Source of the DNA: Lama glama
Lineage: Eukaryota
Length of the DNA: 64,000 nucleotides
Assembly: GCA_028534125.1 (NCBI GenBank)
Contig: CM052816.1
Span: forward strand, 4,528,001 to 4,592,000
Direction: 5' to 3'
A program made the position numbers and the translations under genes. How positions within the stretch are numbered: position 1 is the stretch's first letter; each line of letters starts with the position of its first letter. This document shows positions 63,073 to 64,000 of this stretch, in pieces. Below the pieces are notes generated by a model, which searched no databases, was not told where the DNA came from, and worked only from the letters and a program-made list of their open reading frames with translations.

Positions 63073-63781
63073 CACACCATATGATCTGGCCATTCCATTT
63101 CTAGGTATTTATCCAAAAGACATGAAAACATATGTATATATGTTCACAGATGCTTTATTCATAAAACCCCCAAACTAGAAACAGACAAAATCTCAATCAA
63201 CAAATGGATGGCCAAATTGTGGTATATCTCTACAATAAATCAATACCTAGCAATAAAATAAATTAACTGTGGAACTACACAATTATACAGATTAGTCTCA
63301 AAATAATTATGCTGCATGATGTAAGTCAGACAAAGAGGAACACATCTTTTGTGATTCCATTTATATAAACTCAAGAAAATGTGTAATAATTTATAGTGAC
63401 AGGAAGCAGATTGTCGTTGCCTAGTGATGCAGAAGGGGTCAGGGAAAGCTGAGAGGGAGAGATTTTAAAGGGAAAAGGAGACTTTCAGGGGTGACATATT
63501 TGTTCATTAACTTGATTGTGATGATAGTGTCAGTTTTATATGTGTGTATATATATGTGTGTGTGTGTGTCAAAACTTATCAAATTGTACACTTCATATAT
63601 GTGGAGATTATTATATGTCAATTATATCTCAGCAAAGCTACTTTTAAAAAACAGCTTGTGCATGAGCAGGGCACCTGGTAATGTAAACAATAAGAGGGTG
63701 ACATACTTAACTAATGATGACTGTATAAGGCTGTTGAGACATCTTTGAGAAATGTCACTCCACCATTTAAAGATAGGATAC

Positions 63782-63992
63782 TTTTGTGGGCTTTTTAACA
63801 ATGGCCATTCTGACTGGTGTGAGGTGATACTTCATTGCAGTTCTGATTTCCATTACTGTGATAATTAGCAATATTAAACATTTTTTCATGTGCCATTTGG
63901 CCAACTGTATGCCTCCACTGGAGAATTGCTCATTTAGGTCTCACCAGACATGGATACATTGTAACTGACTATACTTCAATTAAAAAAAAAAA
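63782..63992. mobile_element. Short LINE-1 with 5' inversion (antisense ORF2 piece + sense 3' tail with poly-A)
   Basis: 63782-63940 is antisense L1 (atggccattctgactggtgtgaggtgata); 63943-63992 is the sense terminus accagacatggatacattgtaactgactatacttcaatt followed by poly-A. Confidence 0.8.
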
Positions 63993-64000
63993 GGAATGAG

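Larger units (their letters stand above)
61291..63650 (+). mobile_element. Older LINE-1 (L1MB/MC-like) 3' half, split by MER20 and MLT1C
   Basis: gacctaaataaatggaga; ggtcaattgatttttgacaaaga; atatctgataaaggactt; gtgacaggaagcagat 3' UTR. Confidence 0.85.

Noticed and set aside
1..64000. CRISPR array, operon or prokaryotic defence system
   Set aside because: The sequence is mammalian, repeat-rich and CpG-depleted; no regularly spaced direct repeats or gene-dense coding structure were seen.

Overview
Non-coding mammalian genomic DNA, most likely a camelid: a tRNA-Ala-derived vic-1-type SINE is present and I saw no Alu, Bov-tA/Bov-A2 or PRE-1 SINEs. The assembly is a draft with four placeholder gaps of exactly 500 N. 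I found no credible intact protein-coding gene, RNA gene or CRISPR array; the long ORFs are N-gap artefacts or decayed LINE-1 ORF2 in sense or antisense. Much of the window is interspersed repeat: L1 of several ages, L2, L3/CR1, MIR, MaLR/ERVL LTRs, about ten ERV1-type solo LTRs, and Tigger and hAT MITEs, often nested, with readable target-site duplications (TSDs). Repeat family names are from my recall of consensus sequences, not from a search, and most repeat boundaries are approximate. I cannot support a genuinely new biological system here. The best leads are: (1) a 46.6-55.1 kb segment with co-clustered AP-1/ARE and STAT GAS motifs, partly carried by LTRs; (2) three L1 copies that keep the 5' end but have abnormal bodies; (3) a CpG-retaining candidate minus-strand first exon next to a (TA)n tract; (4) several repeat-free, motif-rich candidate enhancers.
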